Assembly: GCA_035063585.1 (NCBI GenBank)
Contig: JAPSGB010000006.1
Location: 1 to 64,000 of the forward strand
Length of the DNA: 64,000 bases
Direction of reading: 5' to 3'
From: Polyangiaceae bacterium
GTDB lineage: Bacteria; Myxococcota_A; Polyangia; Polyangiales; Polyangiaceae
Below, piece after piece: positions 50,562 to 60,079 of this stretch (position 1 is the stretch's first letter; every line of letters starts with the position of its first letter). The notes under the pieces are model-generated. The model searched no databases and was not told the DNA's origin. It saw only the letters and a program-made list of their open reading frames with translations. The position numbers were made by a program, and so were the translations under genes.

Positions 50562-51764
50562 TCAACGACGACGACCGAGCCACGCGAGCCCGAGGAATGC
50601 GAGCCCGAGCAGCGCCGGCGATGACCCGCGCGGCACCTCACCCGCGCGGCACGAGCACCCCGAGTCGTCGCTCGCGGCGCTCCCCGGTTGCGACGTACCA
50701 CCCGGGGAACCGCCGCTGCCTCCAGCGCCACCCGGCGGGCCGCCGGCCGCCGCACCCGAGCTCCACCCGCTCCCCGCGCCGGCGGCGACACCCGCCCCGC
50801 CGCCGGCGCCGCTCACTCCGATCCCGCCCGCGCTGCCGCCCGTGCCCGCGCTGCCGCCCGTGCCCGCGCTGCCGCCCGCGCCGGTGGGAAGGCACAGCGA
50901 GGTGTGGACCGGTCGCGTGTCCGCACAGTTGGTCGGCGACGCGCAGTGCGGCTCGTCGAGGTTCGGCGGCGAGCCGCTGCCACCGACCTCCGCCGGATCG
51001 GGGTATGCGAGCGCGACGCTCGTCCAATAGGGAGTCGTTCCTGGTGGATACTCGATATATCCGAACACCTTCTCCTGATACGGCGCCGAGCCGCCGACCT
51101 TCGGATTCCACACGCCGCGGGTGGAGGCGTGCACGGGGTTCGACGGGTTGTTCGAGTAGGCGAGGCCGTTATAGGCCCAGACCGCGGTATACCAGTCCTC
51201 CACGATGCTCGGCTGGTTGTCGCCGACACAGTTGGTGGCTCGCCACTTCCCCACCAGGATCTGGGTGCCGGTCGCGAGATTGTAGGTCGGGTCGGAGGCG
51301 ACCCGCGCGCGATCGAAGCCGGGCGTCTCGCCTGCGTGCATCCCGCTCGTCACCTGCCCGACACCGTAGCCGCAGTCGAACGAGATGATGGTGCGCGAGG
51401 GGCCGCCGACTTGATCCGCCGGGGTGTCGGGCACACAGAACTGCCGCCACCCCGACTCGACCATCGCGATCGCCTTCAACACTTCGCAGGGAAATCGCGC
51501 GGGCACGTTGTGTAGCGGCTCGGGCCGCCCGCAACCCTGCCCGATGTCGCCGACCGGCGGCCCCGCGCTTCCCCACCCGCTCGGCCCCTGCGAGACGAGC
51601 GCGAAGATGCCCTGCCACTCCTCGATCGACGGATTCGTCCCGCCTGCGGCTTCGACGCCGCAGGCGTGCGAGTTGTTCGAGCTCGACGCCGTGTAGCACG
51701 GGCAGTACGCGCTCGCCGCCGTAGGCGCGAGCGTGATCGAGAGAAACGCGAGGACGCGCCTCAT
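50562..51764 (-). CDS. Lysozyme/lytic-transglycosylase-like secreted protein with MYXO-CTERM
   Basis: VLKAIAMVESGWRQF, GYGVGQVT, AVWAYNG; Gly linker; DDSGCSCRAG + TM + RRR. Confidence 0.82.
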   Translation of the reverse strand: MRRVLAFLSITLAPTAASAYCPCYTASSSNNSHACGVEAAGGTNPSIEEWQGIFALVSQGPSGWGSAGPPVGDIGQGCGRPEPLHNVPARFPCEVLKAIAMVESGWRQFCVPDTPADQVGGPSRTIISFDCGYGVGQVTSGMHAGETPGFDRARVASDPTYNLATGTQILVGKWRATNCVGDNQPSIVEDWYTAVWAYNGLAYSNNPSNPVHASTRGVWNPKVGGSAPYQEKVFGYIEYPPGTTPYWTSVALAYPDPAEVGGSGSPPNLDEPHCASPTNCADTRPVHTSLCLPTGAGGSAGTGGSAGTGGSAGGIGVSGAGGGAGVAAGAGSGWSSGAAAGGPPGGAGGSGGSPGGTSQPGSAASDDSGCSCRAGEVPRGSSPALLGLAFLGLAWLGRRR

Positions 51765-52888
51765 GGCACGAACCCCGCGACGTCCACCCGCTTGCCCGCC
51801 GGGAACGCGAGCGGGAGCGCCTGCCCCGTCTCGGGTGAGAGCACGAACGGTACCGGCAAGCGCCCAGGGAGCTCATGCACGAGCGCCGCCCACCGCCCGT
51901 CCCGGTCGAGGGCGCGCACGCTGTCGACCCCCGCGCCGAAGGGCGCCGAGATCGCCGCACCCGCGCCCATGAGCTTCGAGAGCCCACGCGCGCCGTCCTG
52001 GTTGGCGACCACGCCGCCGCCCGGCCACGCGTGCGGGACGAGCGACATCTGCTTCGACACCGAGAGCCTCACCACCGCACCGCTCACGAGGTCGCGCCGC
52101 TCGGCGACCCACGCTCCGCTCGCGGGATCGCGGTTCGCGTACACCAGCGCGCGAGCCGCGGAATCTACCGAGAAATCCCGCGCAAACGCCGGTATCTGAG
52201 CGGCGATCACGCGCTCCGCGCCGCTCTCCGTGTCCACCGCGACCAGATCCGCGTGCGCGAAACCTACTCGATAAACGATGAGCTCGCGTCCGAGCGCGCC
52301 CGCCAGGAACGTGATGTATCCGTTCCATGTGTAAACGGTGCGGGTCGCGCCCGTTCGCGGCTCGACCTCGTCGATCTCGAGGGCGTCCACCCGTAGCTTC
52401 CCCGCGCGCGCGTCCGCCGGCGCCGGCTCCTCACCGGCGCGCCCGCGCGCAACGAACACTCGCCCGTCCTCCAACACGAGCGGACGGGTGGCGTGGTACA
52501 CGCGATCCACCAGCTTGATCGGCGACTTCCCCGGCTCGAGGCGCATGAGCCACGCGCCCCACGAGGGTTCGCTACGCGGCTCCATGTCCGCCACCGCGAC
52601 GACCGCGCTTGCGCCGGGAAGGGTCCGACCGCGCACCTCGCCGCCCGGGACGTGCTCGAGCACCGCGGCGGGCCGCGCCACGGCGGACGCGCCCGCTGGC
52701 TGAAGGATGAGCTCGGTCCGCGTCCCACCGGGCTCGCTGGCGAGGAGCGCGACGGTCGGCCCATATACCAAAGTATCTGCTTTGGTTTGTCGGTCCGGCG
52801 CGGAACCGGGCGGCTCGCCCCCGTCACTGCACGCGGCCGCGACGACGACGAGCGGCAAGAGAGCTCGTGGGAGTCGAACGCGAATCAC
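51761..52888 (-). CDS. Beta-propeller-like lipoprotein
   Basis: Lipobox VAAAC; beta-rich; ATGA overlap with the downstream gene. Confidence 0.7.
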   Translation of the reverse strand: MIRVRLPRALLPLVVVAAACSDGGEPPGSAPDRQTKADTLVYGPTVALLASEPGGTRTELILQPAGASAVARPAAVLEHVPGGEVRGRTLPGASAVVAVADMEPRSEPSWGAWLMRLEPGKSPIKLVDRVYHATRPLVLEDGRVFVARGRAGEEPAPADARAGKLRVDALEIDEVEPRTGATRTVYTWNGYITFLAGALGRELIVYRVGFAHADLVAVDTESGAERVIAAQIPAFARDFSVDSAARALVYANRDPASGAWVAERRDLVSGAVVRLSVSKQMSLVPHAWPGGGVVANQDGARGLSKLMGAGAAISAPFGAGVDSVRALDRDGRWAALVHELPGRLPVPFVLSPETGQALPLAFPAGKRVDVAGFVP

Positions 52889-53049
52889 TCATGAAGAATA
52901 CGCCAGAAGCGGCCGCGCTTGAAGACGCCGCGCCCGCTGCTCCGCGCGGTTCCGCGCCGAACCGGCACCCATCCCGAGAACGGGGTGGCCGAACACGGCG
53001 AGCGCGCGCGGCTCGCCGTGCTCCGAGGCTCAACGACTCTGCGACGCGC

Positions 53050-54714
53050 TCACGGCTGAAAGACTAGGCTGCCCTTCGCTCCGTAAAACACGTACTTCCC
53101 GTTGGTCTTCTCGTGTCGCGTGCAGACCCCGAGGTAGTAGTCGTCTTTCGGGAGATCGGTAACGGTCGCCGAAAGATGGACCATGCGCTTCTCCCCAAGC
53201 GATGCCGCTCCGTCGGCCGCGACCGGCACGCCGCCGATGATCACGGGGGAAGGTGTGGAGGCGGCGACTGGCATGTAGCAAATGGCAAAGTCGAGTCGGT
53301 AGCCCGACTGGGGCAGCCCGCCTTCGGGATCGTAGCCGACCACGAGATCAGCGGAGACGTGCGCGATCGAGGCGTTGCTCGCGAAGAACAAGCGCACCGG
53401 CTTCAGGATGGCGCTGCACGATCCGCCGGCCGGCTCGATGAACGTCCACTTCGAAGTGGTGACCTGCGCGCTACACGTCTGGTTGTCGACGAGCGAGTAG
53501 AGACTCCCTGGGCCGGGCGGGCCGACGGGCCCCTGCGCGCCAGGCGCACCGGTCGCACCGGTCGCGCCAGTCGCACCGGTCGCGCCAGTCGCGCCGGGAG
53601 CGCCGGGAGCGCCATTGCAGGCGTAGGTCGTCGCGCCACCGACGGTGAACGCTGCGCCGCCGTTCGGGCAGTTCGGCCCTGGGGCGACGCTCATCGCGAC
53701 GACGGAGTCACCCTTGGGTCCCGTCGCGCCGGTCGAACCCGTCGCTCCGGGATCGCCCTTGTCGCCCTTCGGGCCGGGAGCGCCGGTCGAACCCGTCGCT
53801 CCAGGATCGCCCTTGTCGCCCTTCGGGCCGGGCGCGCCGGTCGAACCCGTCGCTCCAGGATCGCCCTTGTCGCCTTTCGGGCCGGGCGCGCCGGTCGAAC
53901 CCGTCGCTCCAGGATCGCCCTTGTCGCCCTTCGGGCCGGGCGCGCCGGTCGCGCCTGCTGCGCCGTTGCAAGCGTACGTCGTCGCGCCACCGACCGTGAA
54001 GGACACGCCCCCCGTCGGGCAATCGGCACCCGGCGCCACGCTCATGGCGATCACGGACTCGCCAGCAGGACCGACGGCCCCGGGGGGACCCGCTGGACCT
54101 TCGGGCCCCTGTGGACCGGTCGCCCCGCCCGGAGATCCGGGCGGCCCCTCGGGACCTTGCGGCCCCGCCGGACCTTGCGGCCCCTCGGGACCTTGCGCGC
54201 CCGCTGGGCCGCTCGGACCCGCCGGCCCGGTCAAGCCCGAGGGATCGCCGACCCACTGCCCATTCTCGTCGATGACCGTCTGCCCGCCGACGCTCACCGT
54301 GCGCGGGGTGATATCACCGACCGCGTTGCCGGCGACGAGCGCGTACGGCACCGAGACGAACCTCACGCGCTCCATCGGCTCGTCCTGGTCCACGGTGAGC
54401 TCGAGCCAAAGCTCGGGCGCGGTCGTGACGATGGTAGGGTCGAGCGCCTCGACCTCGCCGAGGTTCACCGAGAAATGGCCATTCGACACCGCGAGCGCGC
54501 TTGCGCCGTCGCGCACCTCGACCCAGAGCGCGGTCGTCGAGTCCTTGCTCGCATAGAGCGCGAACACGACCGGCACGCTGCCGTCAATCAGCGCTCCTTC
54601 GCTGTCCGTGAGCTGCCCTTGGACGGGAACCAGCGGCGGCACCGCGGCGCGCGCTCGAGCCGAGCTCGTGACGATCGCGAGCGCCAGGAGGGCGAAGAGG
54701 CTCCGCAGCTTCAT
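53050..54714 (-). CDS. Secreted collagen-like (Gly-X-Y) fibre protein
   Basis: Signal peptide; N-domain VQGQLTD..VFALY..FSVNLG..SVPYA; three GXY tracts separated by two PGxxCPxGG..TYACNG modules; globular C-terminal domain. Confidence 0.9.
   Translation of the reverse strand: MKLRSLFALLALAIVTSSARARAAVPPLVPVQGQLTDSEGALIDGSVPVVFALYASKDSTTALWVEVRDGASALAVSNGHFSVNLGEVEALDPTIVTTAPELWLELTVDQDEPMERVRFVSVPYALVAGNAVGDITPRTVSVGGQTVIDENGQWVGDPSGLTGPAGPSGPAGAQGPEGPQGPAGPQGPEGPPGSPGGATGPQGPEGPAGPPGAVGPAGESVIAMSVAPGADCPTGGVSFTVGGATTYACNGAAGATGAPGPKGDKGDPGATGSTGAPGPKGDKGDPGATGSTGAPGPKGDKGDPGATGSTGAPGPKGDKGDPGATGSTGATGPKGDSVVAMSVAPGPNCPNGGAAFTVGGATTYACNGAPGAPGATGATGATGATGATGAPGAQGPVGPPGPGSLYSLVDNQTCSAQVTTSKWTFIEPAGGSCSAILKPVRLFFASNASIAHVSADLVVGYDPEGGLPQSGYRLDFAICYMPVAASTPSPVIIGGVPVAADGAASLGEKRMVHLSATVTDLPKDDYYLGVCTRHEKTNGKYVFYGAKGSLVFQP
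53726..53951 (-). repeat. 54-bp coding tandem repeat, 4 x [18 protein letters not shown]
   Basis: Near-identical units at 53726, 53780, 53834, 53888. Confidence 0.93.
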
Positions 54715-55004
54715 CGCGCACCTCCGGAGCGATTCGGGGTCACGCCGAGCTCGGCGCGATGGCGCGGGCTCTTCGCGGATCCGGCGATCGGCGGGCCGAG
54801 CGTGAGCGTGGCGCGATAATTCTTGGACTTCAGCTCATGGCTGCTCGTCGCGGGCGCGATCCAGTCGCCCACCGCGGGCGCGCAGGTACCCGTCGTCTCG
54901 CACGCCCTCGGCTTCCGCGCCTTCTCGTCACCGGCGCAGCCGGCCACGAGAGTCGACAGGAACAGCGCAACCATCCCATATCGGTTCAAATATCCCCGCA
55001 TCAT
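54711..55004 (-). CDS. Small lipoprotein coupled to the collagen-like gene
   Basis: GGAGGAG SD; lipobox LVAGC; ATGA overlap at 54711-54714. Confidence 0.75.
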   Translation of the reverse strand: MMRGYLNRYGMVALFLSTLVAGCAGDEKARKPRACETTGTCAPAVGDWIAPATSSHELKSKNYRATLTLGPPIAGSAKSPRHRAELGVTPNRSGGAR

Positions 55005-55126
55005 CACTCCTCCGTCGTCGAAGACAAGCAACGCTGCGCGTCAGCCCCGCGCCCGCGGCCTCGACGCTAGGCTTCACTCGCGGCGCGCGTCAATCGGCGC
55101 CGCGCTCGGCGCGTTCGCCGAGCGCT

Positions 55127-56806
55127 CTAGGCCGGTAGACGACGACGGCGAGCGAGCGCCAGCGCGAGGATGAACGCAGTAAACACGAGCGTGTGAGGCG
55201 CACCATGAGCGCCGGCGCGCACGGCGCACCCGCCGTCATCCTGCGCGTCATCCCCGTGCCCACCGCTGCTCCCGGACGCTCCCGCGCCGCCACCGCTCGA
55301 CGCGCCACCGCTCGACGCGCCACCGCTCGACGCGCCACCGCTCGACGCGCCACCGCTCGACGCGCCACCGCTCGACGCGCCGCCGCTCGACGCGCCGCCG
55401 CTCGACGCGCCACCGCTCGACGCGCCACCGCTCGACGCGCCACCGCTCGACGCGCCACCGCTCGACGCGCCACCGCTCGACGCGCCACCGCTGCCACCGA
55501 CGCCGCCGTCGGGCGTGCCAGGTCCTCCGGCGAGCTCGTAGGCGCCGATGTCGAGCGCGCCGTCGTCGGGACGCGGTTCGGCCGTGCCCGGCGCGATGAG
55601 CGTGCGCCGCGGCGGGTGGAAGAGCGGCCGCGGGAGCGGCGCGGGGAACTCGTGACCCGGCGGCGAGGTCGTCGGAAGGGCACCCTCATCGACGAGCGCG
55701 CTCCCCGCGGCGGGGCGAAAATCATCGCGAGACGCGTCGATGAAACCGGGGCTCGCACCGGTGATGGTGCTCGTCCACGCGCTCGGCACCGCGCCGGCTC
55801 CGGTCACGACGAAATTGTTCTGCCCAGCGATTTGTTCACCGGCGACCCAGGACGCCTCCGCGGTGCGCGTGATGTTGAACGCCCCGCCGTCTCTCCAAAA
55901 CACGTTGTTGTGCATCTCGACGGAGTCGACGCCGTCGAATATGCGAAATGCGGTCGAGCCCGAGCCGAAGCCGATGAACGTATTGTTTACGAAGCGGTAG
56001 CGCCCGTTCGTCTCGCCGGTTCCGTCGCCGCCGACCCGCACGAAGGAGAAATCCCGCCGTTTCACCAGCACGTTGCCGACCACGTCGGAGTCTTCTCGGC
56101 GCAGAGACGCGCTCACGCCGCCGTCTGGGTCGGGGCCGATGAGCTCGAGCTCATGGTAATATGCCCCCTCTATCCAATTATAATAGATCTCGTTCCGCTC
56201 CGCGCGCGACTTGACGTTGTTGCCGCCGTTTCCATCATGGACGTAGCAGAACTGCATGCGAAATACCGCGCCGGGGTGCGCGGACTCGTCGGTCGCCATG
56301 TAGATCTGATGATCGCGATCTCCGCCGCCCGAGCCGTAAAACTCCGAGTACTCGAGCAGCAGCGAGCCGGAGTCATTATCGGCGCCGAGCAGCCCCTGCT
56401 TCGGGCAGTCGTGAATGACGCTGTCTCTGATGGTGATGTCGTCGGCGTGATGAAAGAAGCAACGTGAGCCGCCGCCCGTGATCTCGAGGCCTTCGAAGAC
56501 GTAGTGATCGGCCGACGCGTCGATGGTGTTCGTACCGCCGTTCAAGATGGGGCGCCTCCCGCCGACCTTCAGGCCGCGGATGGTGATCTTGGCCCCCGCG
56601 TCACCTGGGCGTGTGAACCGCACGGCCGGGTAGGTCGCGCCACCGTCGACCTCGACCACGTCACCGGGTGACACCAGAGCCGCGATCGCCCCGAGGTCCC
56701 GGTACGTCCGCGTGGGCCCGACTTGGTAGGTGGCCGCGCTCGCGAGCGACGGGATGAGCGACGCAAACCCGCCCGCGAGGGCCATCAGAGTGACACGACC
56801 TGACAT
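55127..56806 (-). CDS. Right-handed beta-helix (pectin-lyase-like) secreted protein with MYXO-CTERM
   Basis: Signal peptide then ATYQVGP; PGDVVEV; repeated NNxF/YNWIE strands; GALDIGAYE; DDGGCAVRAG + TM + RRRR. Confidence 0.85.
   Translation of the reverse strand: MSGRVTLMALAGGFASLIPSLASAATYQVGPTRTYRDLGAIAALVSPGDVVEVDGGATYPAVRFTRPGDAGAKITIRGLKVGGRRPILNGGTNTIDASADHYVFEGLEITGGGSRCFFHHADDITIRDSVIHDCPKQGLLGADNDSGSLLLEYSEFYGSGGGDRDHQIYMATDESAHPGAVFRMQFCYVHDGNGGNNVKSRAERNEIYYNWIEGAYYHELELIGPDPDGGVSASLRREDSDVVGNVLVKRRDFSFVRVGGDGTGETNGRYRFVNNTFIGFGSGSTAFRIFDGVDSVEMHNNVFWRDGGAFNITRTAEASWVAGEQIAGQNNFVVTGAGAVPSAWTSTITGASPGFIDASRDDFRPAAGSALVDEGALPTTSPPGHEFPAPLPRPLFHPPRRTLIAPGTAEPRPDDGALDIGAYELAGGPGTPDGGVGGSGGASSGGASSGGASSGGASSGGASSGGASSGGASSGGASSGGASSGGASSGGASSGGASSGGASSGGGAGASGSSGGHGDDAQDDGGCAVRAGAHGAPHTLVFTAFILALALARRRRLPA
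55289..55483 (-). repeat. 15-bp coding tandem repeat, 13 x GGASS linker
   Basis: GCC[A/G]CCGCTCGACGC units on the + strand. Confidence 0.96.
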
Positions 56807-56877
56807 TGACGTTCCTCCCTCGAGCGAGGTTCCGCGCCGGACCGACATCAGCCCGGCGCGGCTTCCCCCGCGTGAAG

Positions 56878-58155
56878 CTAGAGCTTCAGCGTACCACGGT
56901 CTTCGAAGGTGCGCTGCCGCTCGCCCGTGTAGACTTGGCGCGGGCGGTGGATTCGATATCCGTGCGGATCGTTGCGCTGCTCCATCCAGTGCGCGATCCA
57001 ACCGGGCAAGCGCCCGAGCGCGAACATGACGGTGAACATCTCGGTCGGGATGCCCATCGCGCGGTAGATGATGCCACTGTAGAAATCGACGTTCGGGTAG
57101 AGCTTGCGCTGGATGAAGTAGTCCTCGCTGAGCGCCGCCTCCTCGACCTTCTTCGCGAGATCGAGGAGCGGATCGTGGATGCCGAGCTTGTCGAAGATGC
57201 CGTCGGCCGCAGCCTTGAGGAGCTTGGCGCGAGGGTCGAAATTCTTGTAGACGCGGTGGCCGAAGCCCATGAGCTTCGCGCCCGAGTCGCCGCTCTTCAC
57301 GCGCTCGAGGAACTTCCGGTAGTCGCCGCCGTCCGCCCGGATTTGCTCGAGCATCTCGATCACGGCCTGGTTGGCCCCGCCATGACGCGGACCCCAGAGA
57401 CCGCAGACCGCCGCGGCGATGGAGGCGAAGAGATTCGCCTCGCTGCTGCCGACCATACGCATGGTGGAGGTGCTGCAGTTCTGCTCGTGGTCCGCGTGCA
57501 GGATGAGGAGCATGTTGAGCGCCTCTTCGAACGGCTTCGCTACCACGTAGTCTTCGGCCGGGACCGCGAACATCATCCGCAGGAAGTTGGCGGGCCAGCT
57601 CAGATCGTTGCGCGGATAGATGAACGGTTGCCCCACCGACTTCTTGTACGCGAACGCCGCCAGTGTCTTCGACTTGGCGAGCATGCGGATGATGTTGAGA
57701 TTGAGATCGTGCTCGTTCTCCGGATAGAAGGTCGAGAGGGACGCGATCATCCCGGCCATGATCGCCATCGGGTGGCTCCCGGCGGGATAGCCCTCGTAGA
57801 ACTTCTTCATGTCCTCGTGGAGCAGGGTGTGCCGCGTCATCTGATCGCGGAACTCCACGAGCTGCGCCATGGTCGGTCGCTCCCCGTAGATGAGGAGGTA
57901 GCAGACCTCGGTGAAGCGCGCGCGGACCGCAACCTCTTCGATGGGGTAGCCGCGATAGCGCAGGATCCCCTTCTCGCCGTCGATGAAGGTGATGGCGCTC
58001 TCGCACGAACCGGTGTTTCCGTAGCCCGGATCGAGCGTGATGAGCCCGGTCGAGGACCGGAGCTTCGCGATGTCGATCGCCTTCTCGCCCTCGGTGCCTT
58101 CGACGACCGGGAACTCGTATTCCTTCCCATCGTAGATGAGTCGCGCTGTGCTCAT
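56878..58155 (-). CDS. gltA: Citrate synthase (type II)
   Basis: AGGAGG SD; TLDPGYGNTGSC, HADHEQNCST, HGGAN, LMGFGHRVYKNFDPR, LYPNVDFYSG. Confidence 0.98.
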   Translation of the reverse strand: MSTARLIYDGKEYEFPVVEGTEGEKAIDIAKLRSSTGLITLDPGYGNTGSCESAITFIDGEKGILRYRGYPIEEVAVRARFTEVCYLLIYGERPTMAQLVEFRDQMTRHTLLHEDMKKFYEGYPAGSHPMAIMAGMIASLSTFYPENEHDLNLNIIRMLAKSKTLAAFAYKKSVGQPFIYPRNDLSWPANFLRMMFAVPAEDYVVAKPFEEALNMLLILHADHEQNCSTSTMRMVGSSEANLFASIAAAVCGLWGPRHGGANQAVIEMLEQIRADGGDYRKFLERVKSGDSGAKLMGFGHRVYKNFDPRAKLLKAAADGIFDKLGIHDPLLDLAKKVEEAALSEDYFIQRKLYPNVDFYSGIIYRAMGIPTEMFTVMFALGRLPGWIAHWMEQRNDPHGYRIHRPRQVYTGERQRTFEDRGTLKL

Positions 58156-58378
58156 TTTGTCCTCCTGAACCATCTGCTCATGTCCTGGACGCCGTCGGCG
58201 CCTCGCCGGCGATCCGCCCCGCGCCCGAAGACGCTGGAGACTCGCCACGCTCGCCTTCGCCCGTGCGGGGTCGGGTATGCTCGGGTCTCCCTACCAGATC
58301 CGGGGCTGCATGTAGAGTGGTCGTTGCGGTCTACGCCCGCGGGAAATGGGTCGAACGGTGCGCAGGCGTCCAGGCTTC

Positions 58379-58888
58379 TCAGGGGCGAGGCTCGACGCTC
58401 TCGGAGAGCTCCTCGAGGAGCGCTGCGGCCCGCTCCTCGTCTAGACCGAGGCCCTCGCAGAGCTGGTCGTAGAGCCGGGACTCTTCGGGTGTGACGGCGC
58501 CGTCCGCGACCGCCACCGCTGCGGAAAGCAGGATGGTGGTCTCGGCGCGGACCGGGTCGTCCGCCAGACGCGCGATGACGTCCTCGAGGCACCGCTCTTC
58601 GCCGACCTCGGCGACCCGCTTGGAAGCGGCGTCGATCATGGCCTCCATATGAGCGGTGCGGACGCGGCCCTTCGAGAGGACGTCCAGCGCGCCCCGCATG
58701 ACCATGCGCTCGACGTTCAGCACGCGCTTGTCAGCCGCCATCATCAGGTACATGGCCTCGCACATCGGGCCATACTCCTCGACCACCTCCATCGCCTCGA
58801 TCAGGGCGGCGTTCGTGGTCGGGAAGGCGACGGACCTCCGCGAACCACGCCGCTCGAGCTCGTCGCGGAGCCTCTCGAGCCGGGGCAT
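58379..58888 (-). CDS. TerB-like (tellurite resistance family) protein
   Basis: EAMYLMMAAD..ER, AVAVADGAVTPEE..L..LGL. Confidence 0.8.
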   Translation of the reverse strand: MPRLERLRDELERRGSRRSVAFPTTNAALIEAMEVVEEYGPMCEAMYLMMAADKRVLNVERMVMRGALDVLSKGRVRTAHMEAMIDAASKRVAEVGEERCLEDVIARLADDPVRAETTILLSAAVAVADGAVTPEESRLYDQLCEGLGLDEERAAALLEELSESVEPRP

Positions 58889-58981
58889 GGCGTGCTGGAG
58901 CATGTGCGAAGGAGGATCCCGTGGAGGTCCGGAGCATACACCCCGCGCGGAAGATCCGGAAGCCGAGCTAGAGTCGCCCCC

Positions 58982-60010
58982 GTGGAACCTCGCGCGTCCG
59001 TCCTCGTCACCGCGCTCGCAGCGACCGCGCTGGCGAGCTGCGCGCGCAGCGCCGAACCATCCGAGCGCGCGGCTCCCAGCGCCGCCCCGTCGGCGACGGC
59101 CGCTCGACCGGTCCGTGAGCCTGCCCCGAGCGAGCCCTCGCCGAGCGCGCCGTTCGTCGCGCCGCTCGGCGAGGCGGAGCGGGGGCTCGTCGAGGACGTG
59201 CGCCGCACGCCCGGGCTCGCGAATCATGCCGCCCTCATCAGCGAGCACTTCGGCGCTGCCACGACCCTCGCCGTGCAGTCCGTCGCGCTCGGCGAGGCGC
59301 GGCGGTTCGTCCTCCTTCACCGCGCGCACGGCGCGCCCGAGCCGCTCCTGCTGCTGCTCGGCGCGGGTGACGCGCTGGTCTGGGAGAAGCGGCGACCGCT
59401 CGCGGGGATCGTCGCGGCGTCCGAGCACATGGCGATCACCGGCGGCCCCCACGGGAACCTGGTCATCTTCTTCTGCGAGACGTCGACCGGCCTGGTCGGG
59501 CAGCGGGTGTGGGGACGCGACGGCGACGTGTTGATGGACGCGGAGGTCATGGGGCCCACCCGGTGCGACGCGCTCTCGGCGCTGCATTGGCCGGGCCGAG
59601 GCTTCCTCGTCGCGGTGGCCACCGAGGACTCGGCCAAGCTCGAGCTTGCGGGAGAGGACGGGCGAAACCGCTGGGGAGGCCGCGAGGTCGGCTTGGCGCG
59701 CTGGCGAGCCAGCGCCCCGCTCTCCCTCGCGGTGGACACCGACGAGAGCTTCATGGTGTTCGAAGTCGGATACCTGGCCGCGATCCCGGGGAAATCGCTC
59801 CCCGACCACGTCTTCGCCATGCGCTACGACGCAGAGGGGTTGCCGCTCTGGGCAGGGCCGCTCGACGTCGGGCGAATCTCCGGACGGGTGAGCCCGGAGC
59901 GCGCACGGATCGCCGTCGGCCGCGTGGGCCCCGGCAGGGTGCGGGCGATCCTGCCGGGCACCGATTTCGAGGTGGTGGTGAGCTCGATGGGCAAAGTTGC
60001 GCGCGACTAG
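58982..60010 (+). CDS. Hypothetical lipoprotein
   Basis: GTG 58982, 7 nt after TAGAGT; lipobox ALASC; Pro/Ala linker. Confidence 0.7.
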   Translation: MEPRASVLVTALAATALASCARSAEPSERAAPSAAPSATAARPVREPAPSEPSPSAPFVAPLGEAERGLVEDVRRTPGLANHAALISEHFGAATTLAVQSVALGEARRFVLLHRAHGAPEPLLLLLGAGDALVWEKRRPLAGIVAASEHMAITGGPHGNLVIFFCETSTGLVGQRVWGRDGDVLMDAEVMGPTRCDALSALHWPGRGFLVAVATEDSAKLELAGEDGRNRWGGREVGLARWRASAPLSLAVDTDESFMVFEVGYLAAIPGKSLPDHVFAMRYDAEGLPLWAGPLDVGRISGRVSPERARIAVGRVGPGRVRAILPGTDFEVVVSSMGKVARD

Positions 60011-60079
60011 ACCCCGGTGATGTCGTAGGATTGGCGCCTCTCATCGGCCCATTTCGGCCGGACAGCGTGGAGGACCTCC

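Noticed and set aside
53050..54714. Prophage tail fibre
   Set aside because: It has a Sec signal peptide and there are no neighbouring phage genes or integrase.
55127..58006. 959-aa ORF fusing the gltA region to the beta-helix protein
   Set aside because: The upstream part is off-frame over gltA; an SD and signal peptide place the start at 56806.
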